From NCBI GenBank assembly GCA_032718475.1, contig JAUCBJ010002767.1, positions 1 through 35,319 on the forward strand: a stretch of 35,319 bases of DNA, given 5' to 3'. Numbering within the stretch: position 1 is the stretch's first letter; each line of letters begins with the position of its first letter. The translations under genes were made by a program, and so were the position numbers. The notes beneath the pieces were generated by a model. That model saw only the letters and a list, made by a program, of their open reading frames with translations. It searched no databases and had not been told where the DNA came from. This DNA comes from Nemertoderma westbladi (taxonomy: Eukaryota; Animalia; Xenacoelomorpha). Shown here piece after piece: positions 21,162 to 34,199 of the stretch.

Positions 21162-22330
21162 CCCTATTAGTACCGGGCTATAAAATGTTGTACAAATACC
21201 GGGGGGAAGGGGTCATATTGACCCAACCCCCCCCCCCCCCCCCCCCCCCTCCCTCTGAAATCTACAAATTTTTACGAAAACGTCTGATTTATCGTTTGTA
21301 CGTAGGTATCACTAGTCTGGACCCGACCGAAAAACAAATTTTCGAAAAAATATAATGGGGTGGTTATATTGCAGCACCAAAATTACAAGTACAGGCCCTA
21401 GTGCACAATTTTCACAAAATTTGAAAGTTACATTTTTCGGCTAATTGTTTTTCAATGCAGGTTTTTTGGGGCGCAAAATACATTGGAAAATATTTAAAAA
21501 TGATATGATTACTATAAATGGCTGTTTAGTCCTCTCTGCGTAGGAAAAAAATGAAAAAAACAAGTAACCAGCACTTTTCAGTTAGAACACAAAATGTTTA
21601 ATTCACTTATATGATGCTATAATTTCACATTTTCAGGTTTTCTAGGGCGCTGATTCTAATGGAATACATTTCTAATATGCCAGATCATTGCTACTTGTAT
21701 TTGTCGGCGTAATTTGGCAAATTTTGGTGCTAGCACCAAATTTCGTACCCATCACCAAAAAGTACAAGTTTGCGATGTCCAGTTCTGTTTTTATTGATTC
21801 CATCGGATTCAGGACCCTCATAAACCCGTATAACGCAAGAAACAAGGTGACACAATCAATTGATATATTCGATGGTTTTCTAAATTTGGTGCTAGCACCA
21901 CATTTTGCACCCACTTCACATCTTTCCATCTTCATTCTTTCCATTCACTTTCCATATACAAGTTTGAGATGTCTAGTTGATAATTATATATTTCATTGAT
22001 TTCAGAACAGCCATAAACCTCTAAAACGCAAGAAATAAATTGTCACAAGCAATTTTATATATTGAATGGATTTTCAAAATTTCGTGCTAGCACCAAAATT
22101 TGCACACAGCACCGAAAAATATAAGTTTGATACGCTTGGTGCAACTCGTATATATTTCATCGAAACCAGAACACCAAAAAAACCCCAATAGCGTAAAAAA
22201 CAAGTTTCAAACAATCAATTTACAAAATTGACATATTTCAAAATTTGATGCTGGCACCAAAATTTGGCACCCGCCGAAAAAAACAAGCATATCGACATCT
22301 TAGGGGGGGTCATATTGACCCCCCCTAAGA
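21162..22330. mobile_element. Second copy of the piggyBac-like MITE (4 internal units, altered right end)
   Basis: TTAA (21158-21161) then CCCTATTAGTACCGGGCTATAA, colinear with 5264-6490. It ends in the palindrome CTTAGGGGGGTCATATTGACCCCCCCTAAG with no canonical right TIR. Confidence 0.88.
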
Positions 22331-23374
22331 GGTAAAGTCGCGTTAGATCCCAAAGAGAGTTAGGTACCATTGCCATTTAAAGGAGCAGGTTAGTAAAGGA
22401 GCAGGTTACTGAGGCGTGTTCGGGGAACCAAAACAACAAATAAAAGTTAACTAACAAAAGTGTTTTGTATAGTTCTTGAGTCTTTGGGTCTTGTGTCTTT
22501 GTTTTGTACTCACCCTCTTGTATCTATTATTGGACGCTTGTAGTCAATTATTATTGCCAATCTGTTGTTCTATGTACTAATACCGTTGTGGAAACCTAAG
22601 AGTCTATAGATCGGATTAGAGACCAAGTTTATTTTGCACATTTGTTGACAATAATATATTATCATATATGATATATTACGTGCTACCAGATGGGGGAAGC
22701 ATGGTAATAAGAGGTAGGGAGTTAAAAGATCGGATGTTACAAGATGGAAGAAAACGAAATATTACAATAATCATTTTCTTATATTTCATGAAGCAATGAT
22801 TCCAACGCACTACTGCTGTACGGTACATTCATTCAATCTAGAAGAAATGTATAGATTCACAGCTCTGAACAAGTAAAATTTACAAAGAAATTAGCCTAGA
22901 AATTGATTTATCGTTGAATTACCACCTTATAATCAAAATATAGTAAGAATAATTTCTCATTCTTTTTTTAATATAATTATTGTTCATTACCTTAATACAA
23001 ATAAATATTATTGATATTCGAAGTTTCATTAAAAGCACTATTATATAATCGCGATCTTAAATATTCCATTTGTTATTCCCTTCAATCATAAACGATATGA
23101 TGTTTCCGGACACCAAGTTGTGCCCTACAATCAAAGCAGCAATCAAATCAATAAAAAAACAAAGACGAAAAAGCAATATCACACTCCCTCACATTATGCA
23201 CCACACCCCCTAGTGGTAGCACAGGAATTGATGTGACCACAATTTACAAATAATCAGTCCCACTGAAAGGGCACAACTCTGAACAAATAGTGCGTCGGCA
23301 CAACTACAGTAGCAATGTGCTAACTAGAGAGGGAGTGAGGGGGTGGAAATTAAGGGAGGGGGGAGGGGAGAAGT

Positions 23375-26300
23375 GGGATGGGGTATGGAGGTAGGGAGTG
23401 GGGATGGAGGTAGGGAGTGGGGATGGAGGTAGGGAGTGGGGATGGAGGTAGGTAGTGGGGATGGAGTAGGGAGTGGAGATGGAGGTAGGGAGTGGCGATG
23501 GAGGTAGGGAGTGGGGATGGAGGCAGGGAATGGGGATGGAGGTAGGGAGTGGGGATGGAGGTAGGGAATGGGGATGGAGGTAGGGAATGGGGATGGAGGT
23601 AGGGAATGGATGAGGTAGGGAGTGGGGATGGAGGTAGGGAGTGGGGATGGAGGTAGGGAGTGGGGATGGAGGTAGGGAGTGGGGGTGGAGGTAGGGAGTG
23701 GGGATGGAGGTAGGGAGTGGGGATGGATGTAGGGAATGGGGATGGAGGTAGGGGATGGATGAGGTAGGGAGTGGGGATGGAGGTAGGGAGTGGGGATGGA
23801 GGTAGGTAGTGGGGATGGAGGTAGGTAGTGGGGATGGAGTAGGGAGTGGGGATGGAGGTAGGGAGTGGCGATGGAGGTAGGGAGTGGGGATGGAGGTAGG
23901 GAGTGGGGATGGAGGTAGGGAGTGGGGATGGAGGTAGGGAGTGGGGATGGAGGTAGGGAGTGGGGGTGGAGATAGGGAGTGGGGATGGAGGTAGGGAGTG
24001 TGGATGGAGGTAGGGAGTGGGGATGGAGGTAGGGAGTGGGGATGGAGGTAGGGAGTGGGGATGGAGGTAGGGAGTGGGGATGGAGGTAGGGAGTGGGGAT
24101 GGAGGTAGGGAGTGGGGATGGAGGTAGGGAGTGGGATGGAGGTAGGGAGTGGATGAGGTAGGGAGTGGGGATGGAGGTAGGGAGTGGGGGTGGAGGTAGG
24201 GAGTGGGGATGGAGGTAGGGAGTGGGGATGGAGGTAGGGAGTGGGGATGGAGGTAGGGAGTGGGGATGGAGGTAGGGAGTGGGGATGGAGGTAGGGAGTG
24301 GGGATGGAGGTAGGGAGTGGGGATGGAGGTAGGGAGTGGGATGAGGTAGGGAGTGGGGATGGAGGTAGGGAGTGGGGGTGGAGGTAGGGAGTGGGGATGG
24401 AGGTAGGGAGTGTGGATGGAGGTAGGGAGTGGGGATGGAGGTAGGGAGTGGGGATGGAGGTAGGGAGTGGGGATGGAGGTAGGGAGTGGGATGAGGTAGG
24501 GAGTGGGGATGGAGGTAGGGAGTGGGGGTGGAGGTAGGGAGTGGGGATGGAGGTAGGGAGTGTGGATGGAGGTAGGGAGTGGGGATGGAGGTAGGGAGTG
24601 GGGATGGAGGTAGGGAGTGGGGATGGAGGTAGGGAGTGGGGATGGAGGTAGGGAGTGGGGATGGAGGTAGGGAGTGGGATGAGGTAGGGAGTGGGGATGG
24701 AGGTAGGGAGTGGGGGTGGAGGTAGGGAGTGGGGATGGAGGTAGGGAGTGTGGATGGAGGTAGGGAGTGGGGATGGAGGTAGGGAGTGGGGATGGAGGTA
24801 GGGAGTGGGGATGGAGGTAGGGAGTGGATGAGGTAGGGAGTGGGGATGGAGGTAGGGAGTGGGGATGGAGGTAGGGAGTGGGGATGGAGGTAGGGAGTGG
24901 GGATGGAGGTAGGGAGTGGGGATGGAGGTAGGGAGTGTGGATGGAGGTAGGGAGTGGGGGTGGAGGTAGGGAGTGGGGATGGAGGTAGGGAGTGGGGATG
25001 GAGGTAGGGAGTGGGGATGTAGGTAGGGAGTGGGGAGGGAGGTAGGGAGTGGGGATGGAGGTAGGGAGTGGGGATGGAGGTAGGGAGTGGGGATGGAGGT
25101 AGGGAGTGGGATGAGGTAGGGAGTGGGGATGGAGGTAGGGAGTGGGGATGGAGGTAGGGAGTGGGGATGGAGGTAGGGAGTGGGGATGTAGGTAGGGAGT
25201 GGGGATGGAGGTAGGGAGTGGGGATGGAGGTAGGGAGTGGGGATGGAGGTAGGGAGTGGGGATGGAGGTAGGGAGTGGGGATGGAGGTAGGGAGTGGGGA
25301 TGGAGGTAGGGAGTGGGGATGGAGGTAGGGAGTGGGGATGGAGGTAGGGAGTGGGGATGGAGGTAGGGAGTGGGGGTGGAGGTAGGGAGTGGGGATGGAG
25401 GTAGGGAGTGGGGATGGAGGTAGGGAGTGGGGGTGGAAGTAGGGAGTTGGGATGGAGGTAGGGAGTGGGGATGGAGGTAGGGAGTGGGGATGGAGGTCGG
25501 GAGTGGGGATGGAGGTAGAGAGTAGGAATGGAAGTAGGGAGTGGGGATGGAGGTAGGGAGTGGGGATGGAGGTAGGGAGTGGGGATGGAGGTAGGGAGTG
25601 GGGATGGAGGTAGGGAGTGGGGATGGAGGTAGGGAGTGGGGATGGAAGGTAGGGAGTGGGGATGGAAGGTAGGGAGTGGGGATGGAGGTAGGGAGTGGGG
25701 ATGGAGGTAGGGAGTGGGGATGAGGTAGGGAGTGGGGATGGAGGTAGGGAGTGGGGATGGAGGTAGGGAGTGGGGATGGAGGTAGGGAGTGGGGATGGAG
25801 GTAGGGAGTGGGGATGGAGGTAGGGAGTGGGGATGGAGGTAGGGAGTGGGGATGGAGGTAGGGAGTGGGGATGGAGGTAGGGAGTGGGGATGGAGGTAGG
25901 GAGTGGGGATGGAGGTAGGGAGTGGGGATGGAGGTAGGGAGTGGGGATGGAGGTAGGGAGTGGGGATGGAGGTAGGGAGTGGGGATGGAGGTAGGGAGTG
26001 GGGATGGAGGTAGGGAGTGGGGATGGAGGTAGGGAGTGGGGATGGAGGTAGGGAGTGGGGATGGAGGTAGGGAGTGGGGATGGAGGTAGGGAGTGGGGAT
26101 GGAGGTAGGGAGTGGGGATGGAGGTAGGGAGTGGGGATGGAGGTAGGGAGTGGGGATGGAGGTAGGGAGTGGGGATGGAGGTAGGGAGTGGGGATGGAGG
26201 TAGGGAGTGGGGATGGAGGTAGGGAGTGGGGATGTAGGTAGGGAGTGGGGAGGAAGGTAGGGAGTGGGGATGGAGGTAGGGAGTGGGGATGGAGGTAGGG

Positions 26301-29300
26301 AGTGGGGATGGAGGTAGGGAGTGGGGATGGAGGTAGGGAGTGGGGATGGAGGTAGGGAGTGGGGATGGAGGTAGGGAGTGGGGATGGAGGTAGGGAGTGG
26401 GGATGGAGGTAGGGAGTGGGGATGGAGGTAGGGATGGATGAGGTAGGGAGTGGGGATGGAGGTAGGGAGTGGGGATGGAGGTAGGGAGTGTGGATGGAGG
26501 TAGGGAGTGGGGATGGAGGTAGGGAGTGGGGATGTAGGTAGGGAGTGGGGAGGAAGGTAGGGAGTGGGGATGGAGGTAGGGAGTGGGGATGGAGGTAGGG
26601 AGTGGGGATGGAGGTAGGGAGTGGGGATGGAGGTAGGGAGTGGGGATGGAGGTAGGGAGTGGGGATGGAGGTAGGGAGTGGGGATGGAGGTAGGGAGTGG
26701 GGATGGAGGTAGGGAGTGGGGATGGAGGTAGGGAGTGGGGATGGAGGTAGGGAGTGGGGATGGAGGTAGGGAGTGGGGATGGAGGTAGGGAGTGGGGATG
26801 GAGGTAGGGAGTGGGGATGGAGGTAGGGAGTGGGGATGGAGGTAGGGAGTGGGGATGGAGGTAGGGAGTGGGGATGGAGGTAGGGAGTGGGGATGGAGGT
26901 AGGGAGTGGGGATGAGGTAGGGAGTGGGGATGGAGGTAGGGAGTGGGGATGGAGGTAGGGAGTGGGGATGTAGGTAGGGAGTGGGGAGGGAGGTAGGGAG
27001 TGGGGATGGAGGTAGGGAGTGGGGATGGAGGTAGGGAGTGGGGATGGAGGTAGGGAGTGGGGATGGAGGTAGGGAGTGGGGATGGAGGTAGGGAGTGGGA
27101 TGAGGTAGGGAGTGGGGATGGAGGTAGGGAGTGGGGATGGAGGTAGGGAGTGTGGATGGAGGTAGGGAGTGGGGGTGGAGGTAGGGAGTGGGGATGGAGG
27201 TAGGGAGTGGGGATGTAGGTAGGGAGTGGGGAGGGAGGTAGGGAGTGGGGATGGAGGTAGGGAGTGGGGATGGAGGTAGGGAGTGGGGATGGAGGTAGGG
27301 AGTGGGGATGGAGGTAGGGAGTGGGGATGGAGGTAGGGAGTGGGGATGGAGGTAGGGAGTGGGGATGGAGGTAGGGAGTGTGGATGGAGGTAGGGAGTGG
27401 GGGTGGAGGTAGGGAGTGGGGATGGTGGTAGGGAGTGGGGATGGAGGTAGGGAGTGGGGGTGGAAGTAAGGAGTTGGGATGGAAATAGGGAGTGGGGATG
27501 GAGGTAGGGAGTGGGGATGGAGGTCGGAAGTGGGGATGGAGGTAGAGAGTAGGAATGGAAGTAGGGAGTGGGGATGGAGGTAGGGAGTGGGGATGGAGGT
27601 AGGGAGTGGGGATGGAGGTAGGGAGTGGGGATGGAGGTAGGGAGTGGGGATGGAGGTAGGGAGTGGGGAGGAAGGTAGGGAGTGGGGATGGAGGTAGGGA
27701 GTGGGGACGGAGGTAGGGAGTGGGGATGGAGGTAGGGAGTGGGGATGGAGGTAGGGAGTGGGGATGGAGGTAGGGAGTGGGGATGGAGGTAGGGAGTGGG
27801 GATGGAGGTAGGGAGTGTGGATGGAGGTAGGGAGTGGGGATGGAGGTAGGGAGTGGGGATGGAGGTAGGGAGTGGGGATGGAAGTAGGGAGTGGGGGTGG
27901 AAGTAAGGAGTTGGGATGGAAATAGGGAGTGGGGATGGAGGTAGGGAGTGGGGATGGAGGTCGGAAGTGGGGATGGAGGTAGAGAGTAGGAATGGAAGTA
28001 GGGAGTGGGGATGGAGGTAGGGAGTGGGGATGGAGGTAGGGAGTGGGGATGGAGGTAGGGAGTGGGGATGGAGGTAGGGAGTGGGGATGTAGGTAGGGAG
28101 TGGGGATGGAAGGTAGGGAGTGGGGATGGAGGTAGGGAGTGGGGATGGAGGTAGGGAGTGGGGACGGAGGTAGGGAGTGGGGATGGAGGTAGGGAGTGGG
28201 GATGGAGGTAGGGAGTGGGGATGGAGGTAGGGAGTGGGGATGGAGGTAGGGAGTGGGGATGTAGGTAGGGAGTGGGGAGGAAGGTAGGGAGTGGGGGTGG
28301 AAGTAGGGAGTTGGGATGGAAATAGGGAGTGGGGATGGAGGTAGGGAGTGGGGATGGAGGTAGGGAGTGGGGATGGAGGTAGGGAGTGGGGATGGAAGTA
28401 GGGAGTGGGGATGGAGGTAGGGAGTGGGGATGGAGGTAGGGAGTGTGGATGTAGGTAGGGAGTGGGGATGGAGGTAGGGAGTGGGGATGGAGGTAGGGAG
28501 TGGGGATGGAGGTAGGGAGTGGGGATGGAGGTAGGGAGTGGGGATGTAGGTAGGGAGTGGGGAGGAAGGTAGGGAGTGGGGATGGAGGTAGGGAGTGGGG
28601 ATGGAAGTAGGGAGTGGGGATGGAGGTAGGGAGTGGGGATGGAGGTAGGGAGTGGGGATGGAGGTAGGGAGTGGGGATGTAGGTAGGGAGTGGGGATGGA
28701 GGTAGGGAGTGGGGATGGAGGTAGGGAGTGGGGATGGAAGGTAGGGAGTGGGGGTGGAAGTAGGGAGTTGGGATGGAAATAGGGAGTGGGGATGGAGGTA
28801 GGGAGTGGGGATGGAGGTCGGAAGTGGGGATGGAGGTAGAGAGTGGATGGAAGTAGGGAGTGGGGATGGAGGTAGGGAGTGGGGATGGAGGTAGGGAGTG
28901 GGGATGGAGGTAGGGAGTGGGGATGGAGGTAGGGAGTGGGGATGTAGGTAGGGAGTGGGGAGGAAGGTAGGGAGTGGGGATGGAGGTAGGGAGTGGGGAT
29001 GGAGGTAGGGAGTGGGGATGGAGGTAGGGAGTGGGGATGTAGGTAGGGAGTGGGGAGGAAGGTAGGGAGTGGGGATGGAGGTAGGGAGTGGGGATGGAGG
29101 TAGGGAGTGGGGATGGAGGTAGGGAGTGGGGATGGAGGTCGGAAGTGGGGATGGAGGTAGAGAGTAGGAATGGAAGTAGGGAGTGGGGATGGAGGTAGGG
29201 AGTGGGGATGTAGGTAGGGAGTGGGGAGGAAGGTAGGGAGTGGGGATGGAGGTAGGGAGTGGGGATGGAGGTAGGGAGTGGGGATGGAGGTAGGGAGTGG

Positions 29301-32300
29301 GGATGGAGGTAGGGAGTGGGGATGGAGGTAGGGAGTGGGGATGTAGGTAGGGAGTGGGGAGGAGGTAGGGAGTGGGGATGGAGGTAGGGAGTGTGGATGG
29401 AGGTAGGGAGTGGGGGTGGAGGTAGGGAGTGGGGATGGAGGTAGGGAGTGGGGATGGAGGTAGGGAGTGGGGATGGAGGTAGGGAGTGGGGATGTAGGTA
29501 GGGAGTGGGGAGGAAGGTAGGGAGTGGGGATGGAGGTAGGGAGTGGGGATGGAGGTAGGGAGTGGGGATGGAGGTAGGGAGTGGGGATGGAGGTAGGGAG
29601 TGGGGATGGAGGTAGGGAGTGGGGATGGAGGTAGGGAGTGGGGATGGAGGTAGGGAGTGGGGATGGAGGTAGGGAGTGGGGATGGAGGTAGGGAGTGGGG
29701 GTGGAGGTAGGGAGTGGGGATGGAGGTAGGGAGTGGGGATGTAGGTAGGGAGTGGGGATGGAGGTAGGGAGTGGGGATGGAGGTAGGGAGTGGGGATGGA
29801 GGTAGGGAGTGGGGATGGAGGTAGGGAGTGGGGATGGAGGTAGGGAGTGGGGATGGAGGTAGGGAGTGGGGATGGAGGTAGGGAGTGGGGATGGAGGTAG
29901 GGAGTGGGGATGGAGGTAGGGAGTGGGGATGGAGGTAGGGAGTGGGGATGGAGGTAGGGAGTGGGGATGGAGGTAGGGAGTGGGGATGGAGGTAGGGAGT
30001 GGGGATGGAGGTAGGGAGTGGGGATGGAGGTAGGGAGTGGGGATGTAGGTAGGGAGTGGGGATGGAAGGTAGGGAGTGGGGATGGAGGTAGGGAGTGGGG
30101 ATGGAGGTAGGGAGTGGGGATGGAGGTAGGGAGTGGGGATGGAGGTAGGGAGTGGGGATGGAGGTAGGGAGTGGGGATGGAGGTAGGGAGTGGGGATGGA
30201 GGTAGGGAGTGGGGATGGAGGTAGGGAGTGGGGATGGAGGTAGGGAGTGGGGATGGAGGTAGGGAGTGGGGATGGAGGTAGGGAGTGGGGATGGAGGTAG
30301 GGAGTGGGGATGGAGGTAGGGAGTGGGGATGGAGGTAGGGAGTGGGGATGGAAGGTAGGGAGTGGGGATGGAGGTAGGGAGTGGGGATGGAGGTAGGGAG
30401 TGGGGATGGAGGTAGGGAGTGGGGATGGAGGTAGGGAGTGGGGATGGAAGGTAGGGAGTGGGGATGGAGGTAGGGAGTGGGGATGGAGGTAGGGAGTGGG
30501 GATGGAGGTAGGGAGTGGGGATGGAGGTAGGGAGTGGGGATGGAGGTAGGGAGTGGGGATGGAGGTAGGGAGTGGGGATGGAGGTAGGGAGTGGGGATGG
30601 AGGTAGGGAGTGGGGATGGAGGTAGGGAGTGGGGATGTAGGTAGGGAGTGGGGATGGAAGGTAGGGAGTGGGGGTGGAGGTAGGGAGTGGGGATGGAGGT
30701 AGGGAGTGGGGATGGAGGTAGGGAGTGGGGATGGAAGGTAGGGAGTGGGGATGGAGGTAGGGAGTGGGGATGGAGGTAGGGAGTGGGGATGGAGGTAGGG
30801 AGTGGGGATGTAGGTAGGGAGTGGGGAGGAAGGTAGGGAGTGGGGATGGAGGTAGGGAGTGGGGATGGAGGTAGGGAGTGGGGATGGAGGTAGGGAGTGG
30901 GGATGGAAGGTAGGGAGTGGGGATGGAGGTAGGGAGTGGGGATGGAGGTAGGGAGTGGGGATGGAGGTAGGGAGTGGGGATGGAGGTAGGGAGTGGGGAT
31001 GGAGGTAGGGAGTGGGGATGGAGGTAGGGAGTGGGGATGGAGGTAGGGAGTGGGGATGGAGGTAGGGAGTGGGGATGGAGGTAGGGAGTGGGGATGGAGG
31101 TAGGGAGTGGGGATGGAGGTAGGGAGTGGGGATGGAGGTAGGGAGTGGGGATGGAGGTAGGGAGTGGGGATGGAGGTAGGGAGTGGGGATGGAGGTAGGG
31201 AGTGGGGATGGAGGTAGGGAGTGGGGATGGAGGTAGGGAGTGGGGATGGAGGTAGGGAGTGGGGATGGAGGTAGGGAGTGGGGATGGAGGTAGGGAGTGG
31301 GGATGGAGGTAGGGAGTGGGGATGGAGGTAGGGAGTGGGGATGGAGGTAGGGAGTGGGGATGGAGGTAGGGAGTGGGGATGGAGGTAGGGAGTGGGGATG
31401 GAGGTAGGGAGTGGGGATGGAGGTAGGGAGTGGGGATGTAGGTAGGGAGTGGGGATGGAAGGTAGGGAGTGGGGATGGAGGTAGGGAGTGGGGATGGAGG
31501 TAGGGAGTGGGGATGGAGGTAGGGAGTGGGGACGGAGGTAGGGAGTGTGGATGTAGGTAGGGAGTGGGGAGGAAGGTAGGGAGTGGGGATGGAGGTAGGG
31601 AGTGGGGATGGAGGTAGGGAGTGGGGATGGAGGTAGGGAGTGGGGATGGAGGTAGGGAGTGGGGATGGAGGTAGGGAGTGGGGATGGAGGTAGGGAGTGG
31701 GGATGGAGGTAGGGAGTGGGGACGGAGGTAGGGAGTGGGGATGTAGGTAGGGAGTGGGGAGGAAGGTAGGGAGTGGGGATGGAGGTAGGGAGTGGGGATG
31801 GAGGTAGGGAGTGGGGGTGGAGGTAGGGAGTGGGGATGGAGGTAGGGAGTGGGGATGGAGGTAGGGAGTGGGGATGGAAGGTAGGGAGTGGGGGTGGAGG
31901 TAGGGAGTGGGGACGGAGGTAGGGAGTGGGGATGTAGGTAGGGAGTGGGGATGGAGGTAGGGAGTGGGGATGGAGGTAGGGAGTGGGGATGGAGGTAGGG
32001 AGTGGGGATGGAGGTAGGGAGTGGGGATGGAGGTAGGGAGTGGGGATGGAAGGTAGGGAGTGGGGATGGAGGTAGGGAGTGGGGATGGAGGTAGGGAGTG
32101 GGGATGGAGGTAGGGAGTGGGGATGGAAGGTAGGGAGTGGGGATGGAGGTAGGGAGTGGGGACGGAGGTAGGGAGTGGGGATGGAGGTAGGGAGTGGGGA
32201 TGGAGGTAGGGAGTGTGGATGTAGGTAGGGAGTGGGGAGGAAGGTAGGGAGTGGGGGTGGAGGTAGGGAGTGGGGATGGAGGTAGGGAGTGGGGATGTAG

Positions 32301-32580
32301 GTAGGGAGTGGGGAGGAAGGTAGGGAGTGGGGATGGAGGTAGGGAGTGGGGATGGAGGTAGGGAGTGGGGATGGAGGTAGGGAGTGGGGATGGAGGTAGG
32401 GAGTGGGGATGGAGGTAGGGAGTGGGGATGGAGGTAGGGAGTGGGGGTGGAGGTAGGGAGTGGGGATGGAGGTAGGGAGTGGGGATGGAGGTAGGGAGTG
32501 GGGAGGAAGAGTAGGGAGTGGGGATGGAGGTAGGGAGTGGGGACGGAGGTAGGGAGTGGGGATGGAGGTAGGGAGTGGGG
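23375..32580 (+). repeat. G-rich 19-bp satellite (GGAGGTAGGGAGTGGGGAT)n, ~480 copies
   Basis: Direct inspection shows a homogeneous array with recurring variant units; the consensus has no C on the plus strand. Confidence 0.97.
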
Positions 32581-34120
32581 ATGAGGAGGGAGTGGGAGGT
32601 AGGGAGGGTGAGGTAGGAGTGGAGGTAGGGAGTGGGGTGGAGGTAGGGAGTGGGGATGGAGGTAGGGAGTGGGGATGGAGGTAGGGAGTGGGGATGGAAG
32701 TAGGGAGTGGGGTGGAGGTAGGGAGTGGGATGGAGGTAGGGAGTGGGGATGGAGGTAGGGAGTGGGGATGGAGGTAGGGAGTGGGTAGGTGGGAGTGGGG
32801 AGGAGGGGGGTGGGGAGGTGGTAGGAGTGGGTGGTGGTGGGAGGGAGGTGGGGTGGGAGGAGGTAGGGAGTGGGGTGGAGGTAGGGGTGGGGGTGGAGGT
32901 AGGGTGGGGGGAGGTGGGAGGTGGGGTGGTGGGTGGGGTGGGGGTGGAGGGGGGTGGGGGTGGAGGGTGGGGTGTGGGTGGGGGGTGGGGGTGGGGGTGG
33001 GAGGGGGTGGGGTGGGGGGTGGGGGGTGGAGGGTGGGGTGGGGGTGGTGGGTGGGGTGGGGGGTGGGTGGTGGGTGGGGGTGGGTGGGGTGGGGGTGGTG
33101 GGGGGTGGTGGTGGGGTGGGAGTGGGGTGTGGGTGGGTGGTGGGGTGGGTGGGGGTGGGGGTGGGTGGGAGGTGGGGGGTGGGTGGGGTGGGGGGGGTGG
33201 GTGTGGGGGTGGGTGGGTGGAGGGGGTGGGGGTGGGGGTGGGTGGTGGGGGGTGGTTGGGGGTGGGGAGTGGGTGGGTGGTGGGGGTGGGTGGTGGGGGG
33301 TGTGGTGTGGTGGGGGGTGTGGGTGGTGGGGGGTGTGGGTGGGGTGGTGGGTGTGTGGGTGGGTGGGGGGTGGTGGGGGGTGTGGTGGGTGGGTGGGGGG
33401 TGGGGGTGGGTGTGGTGGTGGGGGGTGGGTGGTGGGTGGGGTGGTGGGTGGGTGGGGGGTGGTGGGTGGGTGGGGGTGGGGTGGGGGGTGGTGGGTGGTG
33501 TGGGTGGGGGGGGGGTTGGGTGGGTGTGGGGTGGGGGGGGGGTGGTGGGTGGTGTGGGTGTGGTGGGGGGGGGTGGGTGGTGGGGGGTGTGTGGGTGGGT
33601 GGGGGGTGGTGGGTGGGTGTGGGGGTGGGTGGGTGGTGGGGGGTGGGTGGTGGGTGGGTGTGGTGGGTGGGTGTGGGGGTGGTGGGTGGGTGGGGGTGGG
33701 TGGGGGGTGGGGGGGTGGTGGGTGGGTGTGGGGGTGGGGGGTGGTGTGGGTGGTGTGGGGGTGGGTGGGGGGTGGTGGGTGTGTTGGGGGTGGGTGGTGG
33801 GTGGTGTGTGTTGGGTGGTTGGGGGGTTGTGTGTGTGTTGGGGGGTGGGGTTGGTGGGTTGTTGGTGTGGTTGGGGTGGTTGTGGTGTGTTTGGGGTGGT
33901 TGGGGGGTTGTGTGTGTGTTTGGGTGTGGGGTTGGGGGTTGTTGGGTGTGGTTGGGGGTTGTGTGTGTGTTTGGGGGTGGGGTTGGGTTGTGGTGTGTTT
34001 GGGTGGTGTGGGTGTGGGTTGGTAGAGGAGGGGTGTAATAGGAGGTGAGAGCGAGGGGAAGAAGAAGAAGGGGGGGGGGGGGTGTGTGTGTTGATGGGGG
34101 TGATTAGATGTGGTAGAATA
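32580..34120. other. G/T low-complexity decay zone, probably poor-quality long-read sequence
   Basis: Periodicity and A residues are lost progressively, giving aperiodic G/T sequence between the two arrays. Confidence 0.7.
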
Positions 34121-34199
34121 GAGGAGTAGGAATGATATAGATTTAAGATAGTAGGAATATAGAGAATTGTTGGGTTAAGGAGTAGGAATGAATATAGAA

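Noticed and set aside
32743-34048. Three long Gly/Trp/Val-rich ORFs
   Set aside because: All three frames are open only because G/T-only sequence cannot form stop codons; this is low-complexity, probably erroneous sequence.
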